Numbered from the stretch's first letter, positions 55,809-64,000 are shown. The stretch: DNA of 64,000 nt from Acidimicrobiales bacterium (GCA_050013835.1 JBEKEM010000003.1:9710-73709), one strand, 5' to 3'. Notes: a model not told the origin generated them from the letters alone. A program made the numbers and translations.

Positions 55809-56911
55809 AGAAAACCTGGCGGCTCCTCGCCGACGACGGGGTCGGGGCGGCCGACGGCCTCGCGCTCGACGAAGCGCTGATGGGCGGGTATGCCCGGGGC
55901 GAACCGGACCGCCCGCCCACGCTTCGCCTCTACAGCTACCGCGACCACTGCGCCCTCGTCGGCCGGTATCAGAACCTGGAAGCGGAGATCGACCTCGCGG
56001 CCTGCCGCCGCACCGGCACCGAGGTTAACCGCCGACCGACCGGCGGTGGCGCGATCATCATGGGCTCGGGCCAACTGGGGATCGCCTACCTGGACCGGGC
56101 ACCGACGGTCAAGCGGCCCCGGGAGATCATCGAGGAGTTCTCGGCGGCGCTGGCGGCGGGACTCGCCCGGTTGGGCATCACCGCCAGCTTCCACGGCAAG
56201 AACGACCTCGAAGTCGGTGGTCGCAAGATCGCCGGTCTCGGCCTGTTCGTCGACCCGGCCGGCGCCATGCTCTTCCACGCGAGCGTGCTCGCCGACCTGG
56301 ACGTCGCGCTCATGGTGCAGCTGCTGCGGATCCCCGCGGCCAAGCTCGCCGACCGCGCCTTCACGGCGATAAGCGCGCGGACCACGACCGTCGCGGCCGA
56401 GACCGGCGCCCCCTGCGACGCGGCGACACTGCGCCCCGCGATCGCCGAGGGGTTCGCGACGACCTTCGGGGTCGACCTCGTGCCCGGAACGCCCGACGAG
56501 GAGGAGCGGGCACGTGCCGGGGCTCTCGCCACCGGCCGGTACCGGTCGCAGTCCTGGTTGAACGAGCGGAGCGTCGCGGTGGACGCCAGTGGCTCCGCCA
56601 TGGTGAAGACACCAGCCGGGCTGGCCAGGATCTTCCTCACGACCCACGGTGACGTGGTCAAGAGCGCGATGGTCGTCGGGGACTTCAACGAGCTGCCACC
56701 GGCCCTCGCGGCCATGGAGTCCGGGCTGCGCTGGCAGCGCCTCGATCACGGGGCCGTCGCCGCCGTCGTCGCGGCTTCCGGCGCCGCCGCCGCGCTCGGG
56801 GTTCCCGCTGAGCGGCTCATCGCCGCCGTGATCGAGGCGGGCCGGCAGGCGGGCGAACAGGCGACGGCGCCCGGGGGCGGGAGTGCCCGTCTCGGCGCCG
56901 AGGCGAGCTGA
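55805..56911 (+). CDS. lipoate--protein ligase A family protein (copy 2)
   Basis: 'LRLYSYRDHCALVGRYQ', 'RRPTGGGAI', 'GKNDLEVGGRKIAGLG'. Confidence 0.8.
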   Translation: MKKTWRLLADDGVGAADGLALDEALMGGYARGEPDRPPTLRLYSYRDHCALVGRYQNLEAEIDLAACRRTGTEVNRRPTGGGAIIMGSGQLGIAYLDRAPTVKRPREIIEEFSAALAAGLARLGITASFHGKNDLEVGGRKIAGLGLFVDPAGAMLFHASVLADLDVALMVQLLRIPAAKLADRAFTAISARTTTVAAETGAPCDAATLRPAIAEGFATTFGVDLVPGTPDEEERARAGALATGRYRSQSWLNERSVAVDASGSAMVKTPAGLARIFLTTHGDVVKSAMVVGDFNELPPALAAMESGLRWQRLDHGAVAAVVAASGAAAALGVPAERLIAAVIEAGRQAGEQATAPGGGSARLGAEAS

Positions 56912-56922
56912 GGAGGAACGGC

Positions 56923-58008
56923 ATGGTGGTCCGCGAGCGCCCGACGCCGCCTGCCGCCCCGCGGCCGGTCAAGACCAGCCCGGAATACGTGCGCATCTCG
57001 ATGGCGAGCGCGATCACGCTACAGATGTGCTCCGGCCGGTTCAGCCGCGACTTTCCGTTCGGGGGCATCAACCTCCTGCTGAACTACGGGGCCGGGTGCC
57101 GATCCGACTGCGGCTACTGCGGGCTCGCCCGCAGCCGTCCGGGCGACTACGCGGACAAGTCGTTCATCCGGGTGGCGTGGCCGCTGGTACGGACCGACGA
57201 GCTCGTGGCACGCCTCGCGCGGTTCGAACCGGCCCTGACCCGCCTGTGCATCTCCATGGTCACTAACGGTCGCGCCTACCGCGACACCTGCGAGATCGCG
57301 CGTCGGATCACCGAACGAGTCCGGACGCCGACATCGGTGCTCGTCGCACCGCCGAACATCACGCGTGCGCGGCTGGAGAACCTGCGTTCGATAGGCGTCG
57401 GGATGATCGGCGTCGGGCTCGACGCGGTCACGGAGGATCTGTTCCGGGCGGCCCGCACCGACGTCCCGGCCGGCGGTCTCAGGTGGGATAAGTACTGGGA
57501 GGTCATCGGCGACGCGCGCGAGATCTTCGGACCGTGGAACGTCAACGTCCACACCCTCGTCGGCTTGGGTGAGACCGACAAGGATCTGCTCACCTTGTTC
57601 GTCAAGCTCCGCGACCGGCAGATCTCGACGTACCTGTTCTGCTTCAACCCGGAGCCCGACTCCCGGATGGCCGCCCGACCGCAACCGTCACTCCGTCGCT
57701 GGCATCGGGTGCAGCTCGCCAGGCACCTGATCGAGACGGTCGGCTACGGACTGGATCGCTTCGATTTCGATGCCGCCGGCGGGATCGCCCGTGTCGACGC
57801 CGACCGGCCCTTCCTCGAGGCCGTCGTCGACGACGGCGCCGCCTTCATGACCAACGGCTGTCCGGGTGACGACGGAGGACCCGGGTGCACCCGGCCCTAC
57901 GGCTCCTACCGGCCGACCGAGCCGTTCCGCGACTACCCGTTCGCGCCCTCAGCCGGCGATCTCGCGGAGATCCGCCGGCAGCTGCGGCTGGGCGATCTCA
58001 GCGAATGA
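56923..58008 (+). CDS. radical SAM protein (biotin/lipoyl-synthase-like, LipS-type candidate)
   Basis: 'GAGCRSDCGYCGL' contains a CX3CX2C motif. The C-terminus has a Cys-containing segment, 'NGCPGDDGGPGCTRPYG'. Confidence 0.7.
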   Translation: MVVRERPTPPAAPRPVKTSPEYVRISMASAITLQMCSGRFSRDFPFGGINLLLNYGAGCRSDCGYCGLARSRPGDYADKSFIRVAWPLVRTDELVARLARFEPALTRLCISMVTNGRAYRDTCEIARRITERVRTPTSVLVAPPNITRARLENLRSIGVGMIGVGLDAVTEDLFRAARTDVPAGGLRWDKYWEVIGDAREIFGPWNVNVHTLVGLGETDKDLLTLFVKLRDRQISTYLFCFNPEPDSRMAARPQPSLRRWHRVQLARHLIETVGYGLDRFDFDAAGGIARVDADRPFLEAVVDDGAAFMTNGCPGDDGGPGCTRPYGSYRPTEPFRDYPFAPSAGDLAEIRRQLRLGDLSE

Positions 58009-58029
58009 ACACGATGGAGGTGGCCTGAG

Positions 58030-58818
58030 GTGCGAATCGTCGTGGCCCTGAAGACGGTTCCCGATCTCGTCGAGGAGATCGAGCTCACCGCCGACGAGAC
58101 CGCCATCGAGCGCGAGTACCTGAAGTTCGCGCTCAGCGAGTGGGACGCCCAGGCTCTCGAGGAGGCACTGCTCCTCAAGGACACCAGCGGGGCCGAGGTC
58201 GTGGCCGTCGGCCTAGCCGACGACCCCGAGATCGACCAGACCCTCTACACGGCGCTCGCCAAGGGGGCGGACGCGGCGGTCAAGCTCACCGACGCGGGCG
58301 CCGCTTCCCGCGAGCCGGCGGCGATCCCGGTCGCCGCCCGGGCCGCGCTGCTGGCGGGATACCTCGCCTCCGAACCGGCCGACCTCGTGATCTCCGGCGT
58401 GCAGGCGGCGGACGACCCGGACGGGCAGCTTCCGCCGACGCTCGCCGCACTGCTTGACCTGCCCCACGTCTCGGTGGTCGTAGCCGTCGAAGCATCCGCC
58501 GGCTCGGTCACCGTGCGCCAGGAGTTCGCCGGGGGCGTGTCCCACGAACTCGAGGTGCACCTGCCCGCCGTGATCGGTGTCCAGTCCGCCCGGCAGACCC
58601 CCCGCTACGCGCCGATCGCGCGGATCCGCCAGGCGATGCAGGCCGGTGGACTCACCGAGCTGGCGGTGACGTCCCCGGGTCCGGAAGAAGGCGTCGTCCT
58701 GCGCCGGATGCACCGACCCGAGACGACCGGTCGGGCCGAGATGCTGACGGGCAGCCCCGGAGAAGTCGCCGACCAGATCGTGGAACTGCTTCGTGACCGT
58801 GGCCTCGTGAAAGGGTGA
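58030..58818 (+). CDS. etfB: electron transfer flavoprotein beta subunit
   Basis: 'MRIVVALKTVPD...LSEWDAQALEEAL'. 262 aa. Its end overlaps etfA. Confidence 0.85.
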   Translation: MRIVVALKTVPDLVEEIELTADETAIEREYLKFALSEWDAQALEEALLLKDTSGAEVVAVGLADDPEIDQTLYTALAKGADAAVKLTDAGAASREPAAIPVAARAALLAGYLASEPADLVISGVQAADDPDGQLPPTLAALLDLPHVSVVVAVEASAGSVTVRQEFAGGVSHELEVHLPAVIGVQSARQTPRYAPIARIRQAMQAGGLTELAVTSPGPEEGVVLRRMHRPETTGRAEMLTGSPGEVADQIVELLRDRGLVKG

Positions 58819-59792
58819 GTGTCGCCGTGAGCCGCAATGTGATGGTGCTCGCCGAGCACACGACAACGGAGATTTCCGAGGGAACCTACGAGCTGATCGG
58901 CAAGGCGCGCGAGCTCGCCGAGGCGCTCGGGGGCCTGACCGAGGTGGTCCTTTTCGGCCCGTCCGAGCTCGCCGGCCGGCTCGGAGGCGCCGATGTCGTC
59001 GTCTGTATGGAACACCCGGCCCTGGCGGAGTACCAGCCGGAGGCCTACGAGCGGGCGCTCATGGAGGTGCTGTCACAACGATCCCCGCGGCTGTTGCTGA
59101 TGTCCAATGCCACCGTCGGCTTGGACCTCGGGGCTGCGCTCGTCGTGCGCTGGCACGCGCCGTTGGCCGCCTACGTCAACGCCCTGGGGATCCGTGACGG
59201 CACCGTGACGGCGACGGCGAAGATCCTCGGCGGGAAGGTGCTCGCCGACCTCGAGCTGCCCGGGGACCGCGCGATCGCCACCGTCCTCGGAGGCGCCTTC
59301 ACCGCGGAAACAGGCCTGTCCCCCGCCACCGAGGTCGTCGTTCTCGCCCCGCCGGCCGGACTCGACACGCTGCGGATGTCGCTTCGCCGGGTCATCGCGG
59401 CAGAAGCCGGTGACGTCGACATCACGACGGCCGACATGCTCGTCTCCGTCGGCCGCGGGATCGAGTCAGCGGACAACCTGGAGATCGTGACGGAGCTCGC
59501 CGACGCGCTCGGCGTGCCTCTCTCGGCGTCCCGACCGGTGGTCGACGCCGGATGGCTGCCGAAGACGCGCCAGGTGGGTCAGTCGGGCCTGAAGGTGAAG
59601 CCCCGCGTGTACCTGGCCCTCGGCATCTCGGGAGCCCCCGAGCACCTGGAGGGGATGCGGAATGCCGAGCTGATCCTCGCCTGCAACACGGACCCCGGCG
59701 CGCCGATCTTCGATGTCGCCCACTACGGGACGACGGTCGATCTGTTCGATCTCGTCCCCGAGCTCGTCAGCCGGGTGCGCGCCTTGCCATGA
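58815..59792 (+). CDS. etfA: electron transfer flavoprotein alpha subunit
   Basis: 'VSVGRGI', 'QVGQSGLKVKPRVYLALGISGAPEHLEGM', 'NTDPGAPIF'. Confidence 0.85.
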   Translation: MSVAVSRNVMVLAEHTTTEISEGTYELIGKARELAEALGGLTEVVLFGPSELAGRLGGADVVVCMEHPALAEYQPEAYERALMEVLSQRSPRLLLMSNATVGLDLGAALVVRWHAPLAAYVNALGIRDGTVTATAKILGGKVLADLELPGDRAIATVLGGAFTAETGLSPATEVVVLAPPAGLDTLRMSLRRVIAAEAGDVDITTADMLVSVGRGIESADNLEIVTELADALGVPLSASRPVVDAGWLPKTRQVGQSGLKVKPRVYLALGISGAPEHLEGMRNAELILACNTDPGAPIFDVAHYGTTVDLFDLVPELVSRVRALP

Positions 59793-61954
59793 CCGCCTCG
59801 CGTGGCGTGCTCGCCACGGCGGTGACCCGCCAAGTCTTCGAGGGCATCAGTCCGCTCGGCAGGGCGGTCTTCTACGCGCTTTCGGCGGTGGCGGTGGCGA
59901 CCTTCTGCTGGGGGACCTGGCGTCGGGTCCGCAAGTACCGGATGGGAAGGGCGGCGGGGCGCGGACCGAGGATCCGCGAGGCACTGGCCGGCCGGCTGCG
60001 CTCGATCGGATCCGGTACGTCGGTAACCAAGAGTGACCTCGCGGCCGGAATCGCCCACTTCCTCATCTTCTGGGGCTTTCTAGTCGCCCTCCTGGCGACG
60101 ATCATCCTCACGATCGACACCGACATCGTCCGGAACGTCTCGCGGCTCGTCTCCGGGCACGAGGACAGCTTCTTCCACGGAACGTTCTTCATCGTCTTCA
60201 CCTTCACCGTCGACACAATGGGATTCGCGTTCCTCGTCGCCCTCGTCTACATGGCCCTGCGCCGCGGTGCCCGCTGGCGGAAGCGGCTGAGCTACGAGAG
60301 AGCTGACAAGCCCGTCGGCGGCTACTCGCGCGCGGCGATGCGGCAAGGCGACTGGCTCTTCCTTGCGCTGCTCCTCGCCATCCTCGTCACCGCCTACCTG
60401 CTGACCGGCCTGCGGATTCTCGGCCAGCACATGCCGTGGTTCACCGCGCTGAGCCCGTTCGGCCGGGCCGTGGCCGAGGTCTTCTCGGCCTTCGGTGTGA
60501 CCTCGACCCAAGCACTTGCTGCGCACACCGTCATGTGGTGGGTGCACTCCACACTCGCGCTCGCATTCATCGCCTACATCCCATATTCCAAGGCCATGCA
60601 CCTGGTCGTCGACGGGGCGAACCTGCTCGCGACGGACCGCTCGGCGACACTCCGGCTGCCCGCGCCGGCGACCGCCCATCCGGGATACGCGGCGATCTCA
60701 GACTTCACCTGGAAAGAGCTCCTCGACTTAGACGCCTGCACAAAATGCGGCCGTTGCCACGAGGTCTGCCCGGCGACCGCGGGCGGAGCGCCGCTCTCGC
60801 CACGCGACCTGATCCTCGACCTGCGCCAGTGGGTCGACGTCTCGACCGGCGGATTCACCCTGCTCGACCGGGAGCGCAGGCCGGAGCGCACCGGTCCGCG
60901 CTCGGCAGGGGACGGCGCGAGAATCGCCGGCGACGTCATCACCGCCGACGCGCTGTGGTCCTGCACGACGTGCATGCACTGCGTCGACACCTGCCCGGTC
61001 GGCATCGAGCACGTGCCGACCATCGTCCAGCTGCGACGCAGCCTGGTGGACGAGGGGACCATGAGCTCGACCCTGCAGCAGTCGTTGCAGAACCTCGCCA
61101 CCCAGGGCAACTCGTTCGGGAGGTCGGCCAGGATGCGGAGTCGCTGGCTTAGGGAGCTCGACTTCCCGGTCCCCGACGCCCGCAGCCAGCCCGTGAAGTA
61201 CCTCTGGTTCGTCGGCGACTACGCCAGCTTCGACGAACGGCTGCAGGAGACCTCCCGCATCCTCGCCCGGATCCTGCACAAAGCGGGCGTCGACTTCGGC
61301 CTCCTCTACGACGGGGAGCGGAACGCGGGCAACGACGTGCGTCGTGTCGGCGAGGAGGGCCTGTTCGAGATGCTCGCCGAGCACAACATCGCGGCGCTCT
61401 CCGGGGCCCGGTTCGAGGAGATCCTCACCACCGACCCGCACACACTCAACGCCCTGCGCAACGAGTACCCCGGACTGGGGGCGACTTACCGGGTCCGGCA
61501 CTACACCGAACTCCTCGCCGAGCTGCTCGAGAGCGGGATGATCGGCGCCCGGCCCCTCGGGCACCGCGTCACCTACCACGATCCGTGCTACCTCGCCCGC
61601 TACAACGGCGTGACCGAGGCGCCGCGGCGAATCCTGCGCGCGCTCGGTTGCGATCTCGTCGAGATGCCGCGCCACGGCGCCGACACCTTCTGCTGCGGCG
61701 CGGGCGGTGGCCGGATCTGGATGGACGACGATCTCCTCACGGAGCGCCCGAGCGAGATCCGGATCGCCGAAGCGCTCGGCCTGGACGTCTCCCAGTTCGT
61801 CGTCGCCTGCCCGAAGGACGCGACGATGTTCGCGGACGCCGTGAAGACCGCCGGGGCCGAGGACCGCCTCGCCGTCCGGGACATCACCTTCCTCGTCGCC
61901 GAGGCGCTCGCCGAGCCGGCCGCATCGGGCCCGGTCGGGGTGACCGTGCGATGA
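59789..61954 (+). CDS. membrane-anchored Fe-S oxidoreductase (Etf:quinone oxidoreductase-like, Emo type)
   Basis: The first roughly 290 aa are polytopic membrane segments. Ferredoxin motifs 'CTKCGRCHEVCP' and 'CTTCMHCVDTCP' follow. Next comes one Cys-free CCG-like half. The last part is one intact CCG domain, 'HDPCYLAR...FCCGAGGG...VACPKD'. ATG at 59789 overlaps the etfA stop. Confidence 0.8.
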   Translation: MTASRGVLATAVTRQVFEGISPLGRAVFYALSAVAVATFCWGTWRRVRKYRMGRAAGRGPRIREALAGRLRSIGSGTSVTKSDLAAGIAHFLIFWGFLVALLATIILTIDTDIVRNVSRLVSGHEDSFFHGTFFIVFTFTVDTMGFAFLVALVYMALRRGARWRKRLSYERADKPVGGYSRAAMRQGDWLFLALLLAILVTAYLLTGLRILGQHMPWFTALSPFGRAVAEVFSAFGVTSTQALAAHTVMWWVHSTLALAFIAYIPYSKAMHLVVDGANLLATDRSATLRLPAPATAHPGYAAISDFTWKELLDLDACTKCGRCHEVCPATAGGAPLSPRDLILDLRQWVDVSTGGFTLLDRERRPERTGPRSAGDGARIAGDVITADALWSCTTCMHCVDTCPVGIEHVPTIVQLRRSLVDEGTMSSTLQQSLQNLATQGNSFGRSARMRSRWLRELDFPVPDARSQPVKYLWFVGDYASFDERLQETSRILARILHKAGVDFGLLYDGERNAGNDVRRVGEEGLFEMLAEHNIAALSGARFEEILTTDPHTLNALRNEYPGLGATYRVRHYTELLAELLESGMIGARPLGHRVTYHDPCYLARYNGVTEAPRRILRALGCDLVEMPRHGADTFCCGAGGGRIWMDDDLLTERPSEIRIAEALGLDVSQFVVACPKDATMFADAVKTAGAEDRLAVRDITFLVAEALAEPAASGPVGVTVR

Positions 61955-62066
61955 GCGGCCGCCTGCCCGCCGGTGCCGTCACGGCATCCCGGTCGGCGCC
62001 GCTTTTCGCGGGCGGCCCGCCGGATCACGGGAGAAGACCACCAGGAACCGAACGGGAGTTGGGGCG

Positions 62067-62501
62067 ATGACCTCAGTCAACAACTGCGATATTCCCGACG
62101 ATCTGTACTACGTCGTGGAGAAACACGTGTGGGCGCGTCCCGAAGGCGAGCTCGTGACGGTCGGGATGACCGACGTCGCCCAGCACATGGCCAAGACCAT
62201 CGTGGCGGTGACACCGAAGGCGGTGGGCGCGGCGGTGAAAAAGGGGCGCAATATCGCGACGGTCGAGAGCGGCAAGTGGGTCGGCGCCGTCTCCGCCCCG
62301 GTGAGCGGCGAGATCGTCGCCGTCAACGAGGCGCTCGCCACCTCGCCGGGCCTCATCAACTCGGACCCGTACGGCGCGGGCTGGGTCATCCGGCTGCGAC
62401 CGACCGACTGGGGGGCCGACGCCACCGATCTCGCCACCGGCCCGACGGGCGTCGAGGCCTACCGCCGCTTCCTCGAAGCCGAGGGCATCTCCTGCGAATG
62501 A
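62067..62501 (+). CDS. lbpA: GcvH-like lipoate-binding protein (second LbpA)
   Basis: 'HVWARPEG...VTVGMTD', 'IATVESGKWVGAVSAPVSGEIVAVN', 'DPYGAGWV'. Confidence 0.8.
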   Translation: MTSVNNCDIPDDLYYVVEKHVWARPEGELVTVGMTDVAQHMAKTIVAVTPKAVGAAVKKGRNIATVESGKWVGAVSAPVSGEIVAVNEALATSPGLINSDPYGAGWVIRLRPTDWGADATDLATGPTGVEAYRRFLEAEGISCE

Positions 62502-62684
62502 GGGCGGGCCCAGGGCCGGCCCACGGCCCCCGTGACCGCCGCGGATCCGGCAATCCCGGGCCGACGCGAACAAACTACAGTTCGTCTATCGCATCTAGGA
62601 CATTGCTGCACTAAACAACGAGAGGGCGCCTTGGCCGCGGCTTTCCGGCCCCGGGCCGATGACACCCAGTCAGGGGAGAACGAC

Positions 62685-63215
62685 ATGGACGACACGGACA
62701 GGAAGGTCACCACCACCGCCGACGCCTCCGACGGCGACGAGCCGAAGCGAATGTCCGTCATCTGCTGGAGCAACGACCTCGACCGGGTCTGGCCGGTCAT
62801 GATCCTCGCCACGACTGCGGCCGCTTCGGGTCTCGAAGTCGACGTCTTCTTCACGTTCTGGGGGTTGCGGGTGCTGCAGAAGAACGGTAAGCGGGTCACC
62901 GGCGACAACTGGATGCAAAAGGCCGAATCGTTGTTCGACCGAGGAGGGAACGAGCACCTCAAGCTGAGCAAGTTGCACTTCGGGGGGATGGGTACCTCCA
63001 TGATCAAGATGCTGGCGAAAGAGCACAACGTCGCCAGCGTGCCCGAGCTGATGGAGATGGCGATCGAGGCAGGCGTGCGACTTCATCCCTGCCAGATGAC
63101 CATGGACCTCTACGGGTTGAAGCCCTCCGATTTCGTCGACGGGGTGCAGCCCACGCTCGGCGCGGCGAGCTTCATCGACATGGCCGCCCGTTCCGACATT
63201 CAGCTCTTCATCTGA
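62685..63215 (+). CDS. DsrE/DsrF/DrsH-like family protein (long form)
   Basis: 'MSVICWSNDLDRVWPVMILATTAAASGLEVDVFFTFWG...RLHPCQMTMD'. ATG at 62685 follows GGGGAG. Confidence 0.65.
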   Translation: MDDTDRKVTTTADASDGDEPKRMSVICWSNDLDRVWPVMILATTAAASGLEVDVFFTFWGLRVLQKNGKRVTGDNWMQKAESLFDRGGNEHLKLSKLHFGGMGTSMIKMLAKEHNVASVPELMEMAIEAGVRLHPCQMTMDLYGLKPSDFVDGVQPTLGAASFIDMAARSDIQLFI

Positions 63216-63289
63216 ACCGGCACTCCGACGAAGGAAACCCGGCGATCCGAGCAGGCGAATGTCCACTGTCGCTACTACACTGAATCAGT

Positions 63290-63295
63290 TACAAT
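63290..63295 (+). promoter_or_regulatory. candidate -10 hexamer (TACAAT) for the encapsulin transcript
   Basis: TACAAT lies in an AT-rich patch 290 nt upstream of the encapsulin ATG. The -35 element is weak. Confidence 0.3.
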
Positions 63296-63585
63296 AGTGG
63301 AGAATGGCTGTACAACAGGGGCGCCCTGGTCGGTGGGTCACGGGGGTTGGAATCAGCCAATCCGGGCGACGACCGGGTCACCTTGGCGCCGGATGTCACG
63401 CCCGCCCCGGCGGACGGGTGCCGACGCCGGCAGAGATGGCGTTCGACCCGGAGGATCGTTGGCAATGCGGCGCACACCATTGCGGACCTCGCGCCAGATG
63501 ACTCCTCCGGCGCGTGACGGCTTCCACACGACTCACGACCTCCCGGTCAGCACACCGGGGCAGTCCCCGAGGGAAAGGTCCGGCA

Positions 63586-64000
63586 ATGCCCAGATCAGCG
63601 ACAAGTAGCACGCCGACGAATCTCGCCCTGAGCGATACCGCGGCACGTCAACTCGCGAATGTCTCGAAGAGCACCGCGCAGCTCGACACCATCACACCGC
63701 GATGGCTGATCAAGATGCTGCAGTGGGTGCCGGTCGAGGCCGGAAGCTACCGGCTGAACCGCGTCAAGGACTCGGGGGTCACCACCGTCGCCACGTCGGC
63801 GCGGGATGGAGCCGAGCTGCCGACGACACACCTCGGCTACTACGAGACACCTCGTGAGTACTTCCTCGACACGGTGGCCACCGTCCTCGACGTCCCCACC
63901 CGGATCTCTGACCTGTACGGCAGCCCGTTCGACCAGATCGCCGAGCAGGTCCGGCTCACGGTCGAGACGGTGAAGGAGCGCCAGGAGACCGAACTACTCA
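63586..64000 (+). CDS. family 2 encapsulin nanocompartment shell protein, N-terminal fragment (runs off 3' edge)
   Basis: This ORF is absent from the supplied track because it has no stop inside the window. My translation reads 'MPRSATSSTPTNLALSDTAARQLANVSKSTAQLDTITPRWLIKMLQWVPVEAGSYRLNRV...YYETPREYFLDTVATVLDVPTRISDLYGSPFDQIAEQVRLTVETVKERQETELL'. That matches the conserved N-arm pattern of family 2 (SrpI-type) encapsulins as I remember it. GAGGGAAAGG precedes the ATG. Confidence 0.8.
   Translation, partial: MPRSATSSTPTNLALSDTAARQLANVSKSTAQLDTITPRWLIKMLQWVPVEAGSYRLNRVKDSGVTTVATSARDGAELPTTHLGYYETPREYFLDTVATVLDVPTRISDLYGSPFDQIAEQVRLTVETVKERQETELL

Noticed and set aside
63297-63608. 103-aa ORF (and antisense ORFs) in the encapsulin leader
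   Set aside because: It has no RBS and an Arg/Pro/Gly-rich composition, and it overlaps the start of the encapsulin gene. I treated it as non-coding leader.
1-64000. CRISPR arrays, rRNA/tRNA genes, transposases/integrases, in-frame stops suggesting pseudogenes or selenocysteine
   Set aside because: I found no regularly spaced repeats, no RNA-gene signatures in the intergenic gaps, and no transposase or integrase motifs. All called genes are uninterrupted. The only tandem repeat is the 3 x 21 bp coding repeat at 13395-13457.

Overview
This is a very GC-rich, gene-dense chromosomal segment that looks actinobacterial. I found no rRNA, tRNA, CRISPR array or intact mobile element. Because of the GC content, most long ORFs in the six-frame track are Arg/Pro/Gly-rich shadow frames, so I called genes from recognisable motifs, third-position GC and start/stop coupling.

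The window splits into four blocks:
(1) 1-5.5 kb, housekeeping and miscellaneous: the valS 3' end, an ABC-2 exporter, an AlkA-like glycosylase, a zincin peptidase, and an orphan ArdC-like gene with a small unknown partner.
(2) 5.8-35.2 kb, a large purine/urate-type catabolic island. It holds three xanthine-dehydrogenase-family molybdoenzymes with three different architectures, XdhC, three carbamoyltransferase paralogues, carbamate kinase, an SsnA-type aminohydrolase, hydantoinase, an 8-oxoguanine/guanine-deaminase-like amidohydrolase, adenine deaminase, two PLP enzymes, an LLM flavin oxidoreductase and an NCS1 permease.
(3) 35.3-43.5 kb, molybdenum cofactor synthesis (mocA, moaC, mog, moaD, moaA, moeA; moaE sits apart at 7.2 kb) and molybdate uptake (modA, a fused modBC, a PadR regulator and a stand-alone Mop/TOBE protein). 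Formate-THF ligase follows.
(4) 45.9-64 kb, a sulfur module: cysK-cysE-tusA-dsrE joined directly to a type-II sulfur-oxidising heterodisulfide-reductase-like (sHdr) system (C1-B1-A-H-B3). It also carries two LbpA lipoate-binding proteins, two lipoate ligases, two radical-SAM lipoyl-synthase candidates, EtfBA, a membrane Fe-S oxidoreductase and a second DsrE-like protein. At the 3' edge is the start of a family-2 encapsulin shell gene.

The items most worth follow-up are:
- the encapsulin and cysK/cysE bracketing the sHdr locus;
- the ygeW/ssnA/xdhD-like purine cluster with an unusual lower pathway;
- an XdhD-like enzyme whose ferredoxin-like domain has lost all eight Fe-S cysteines.
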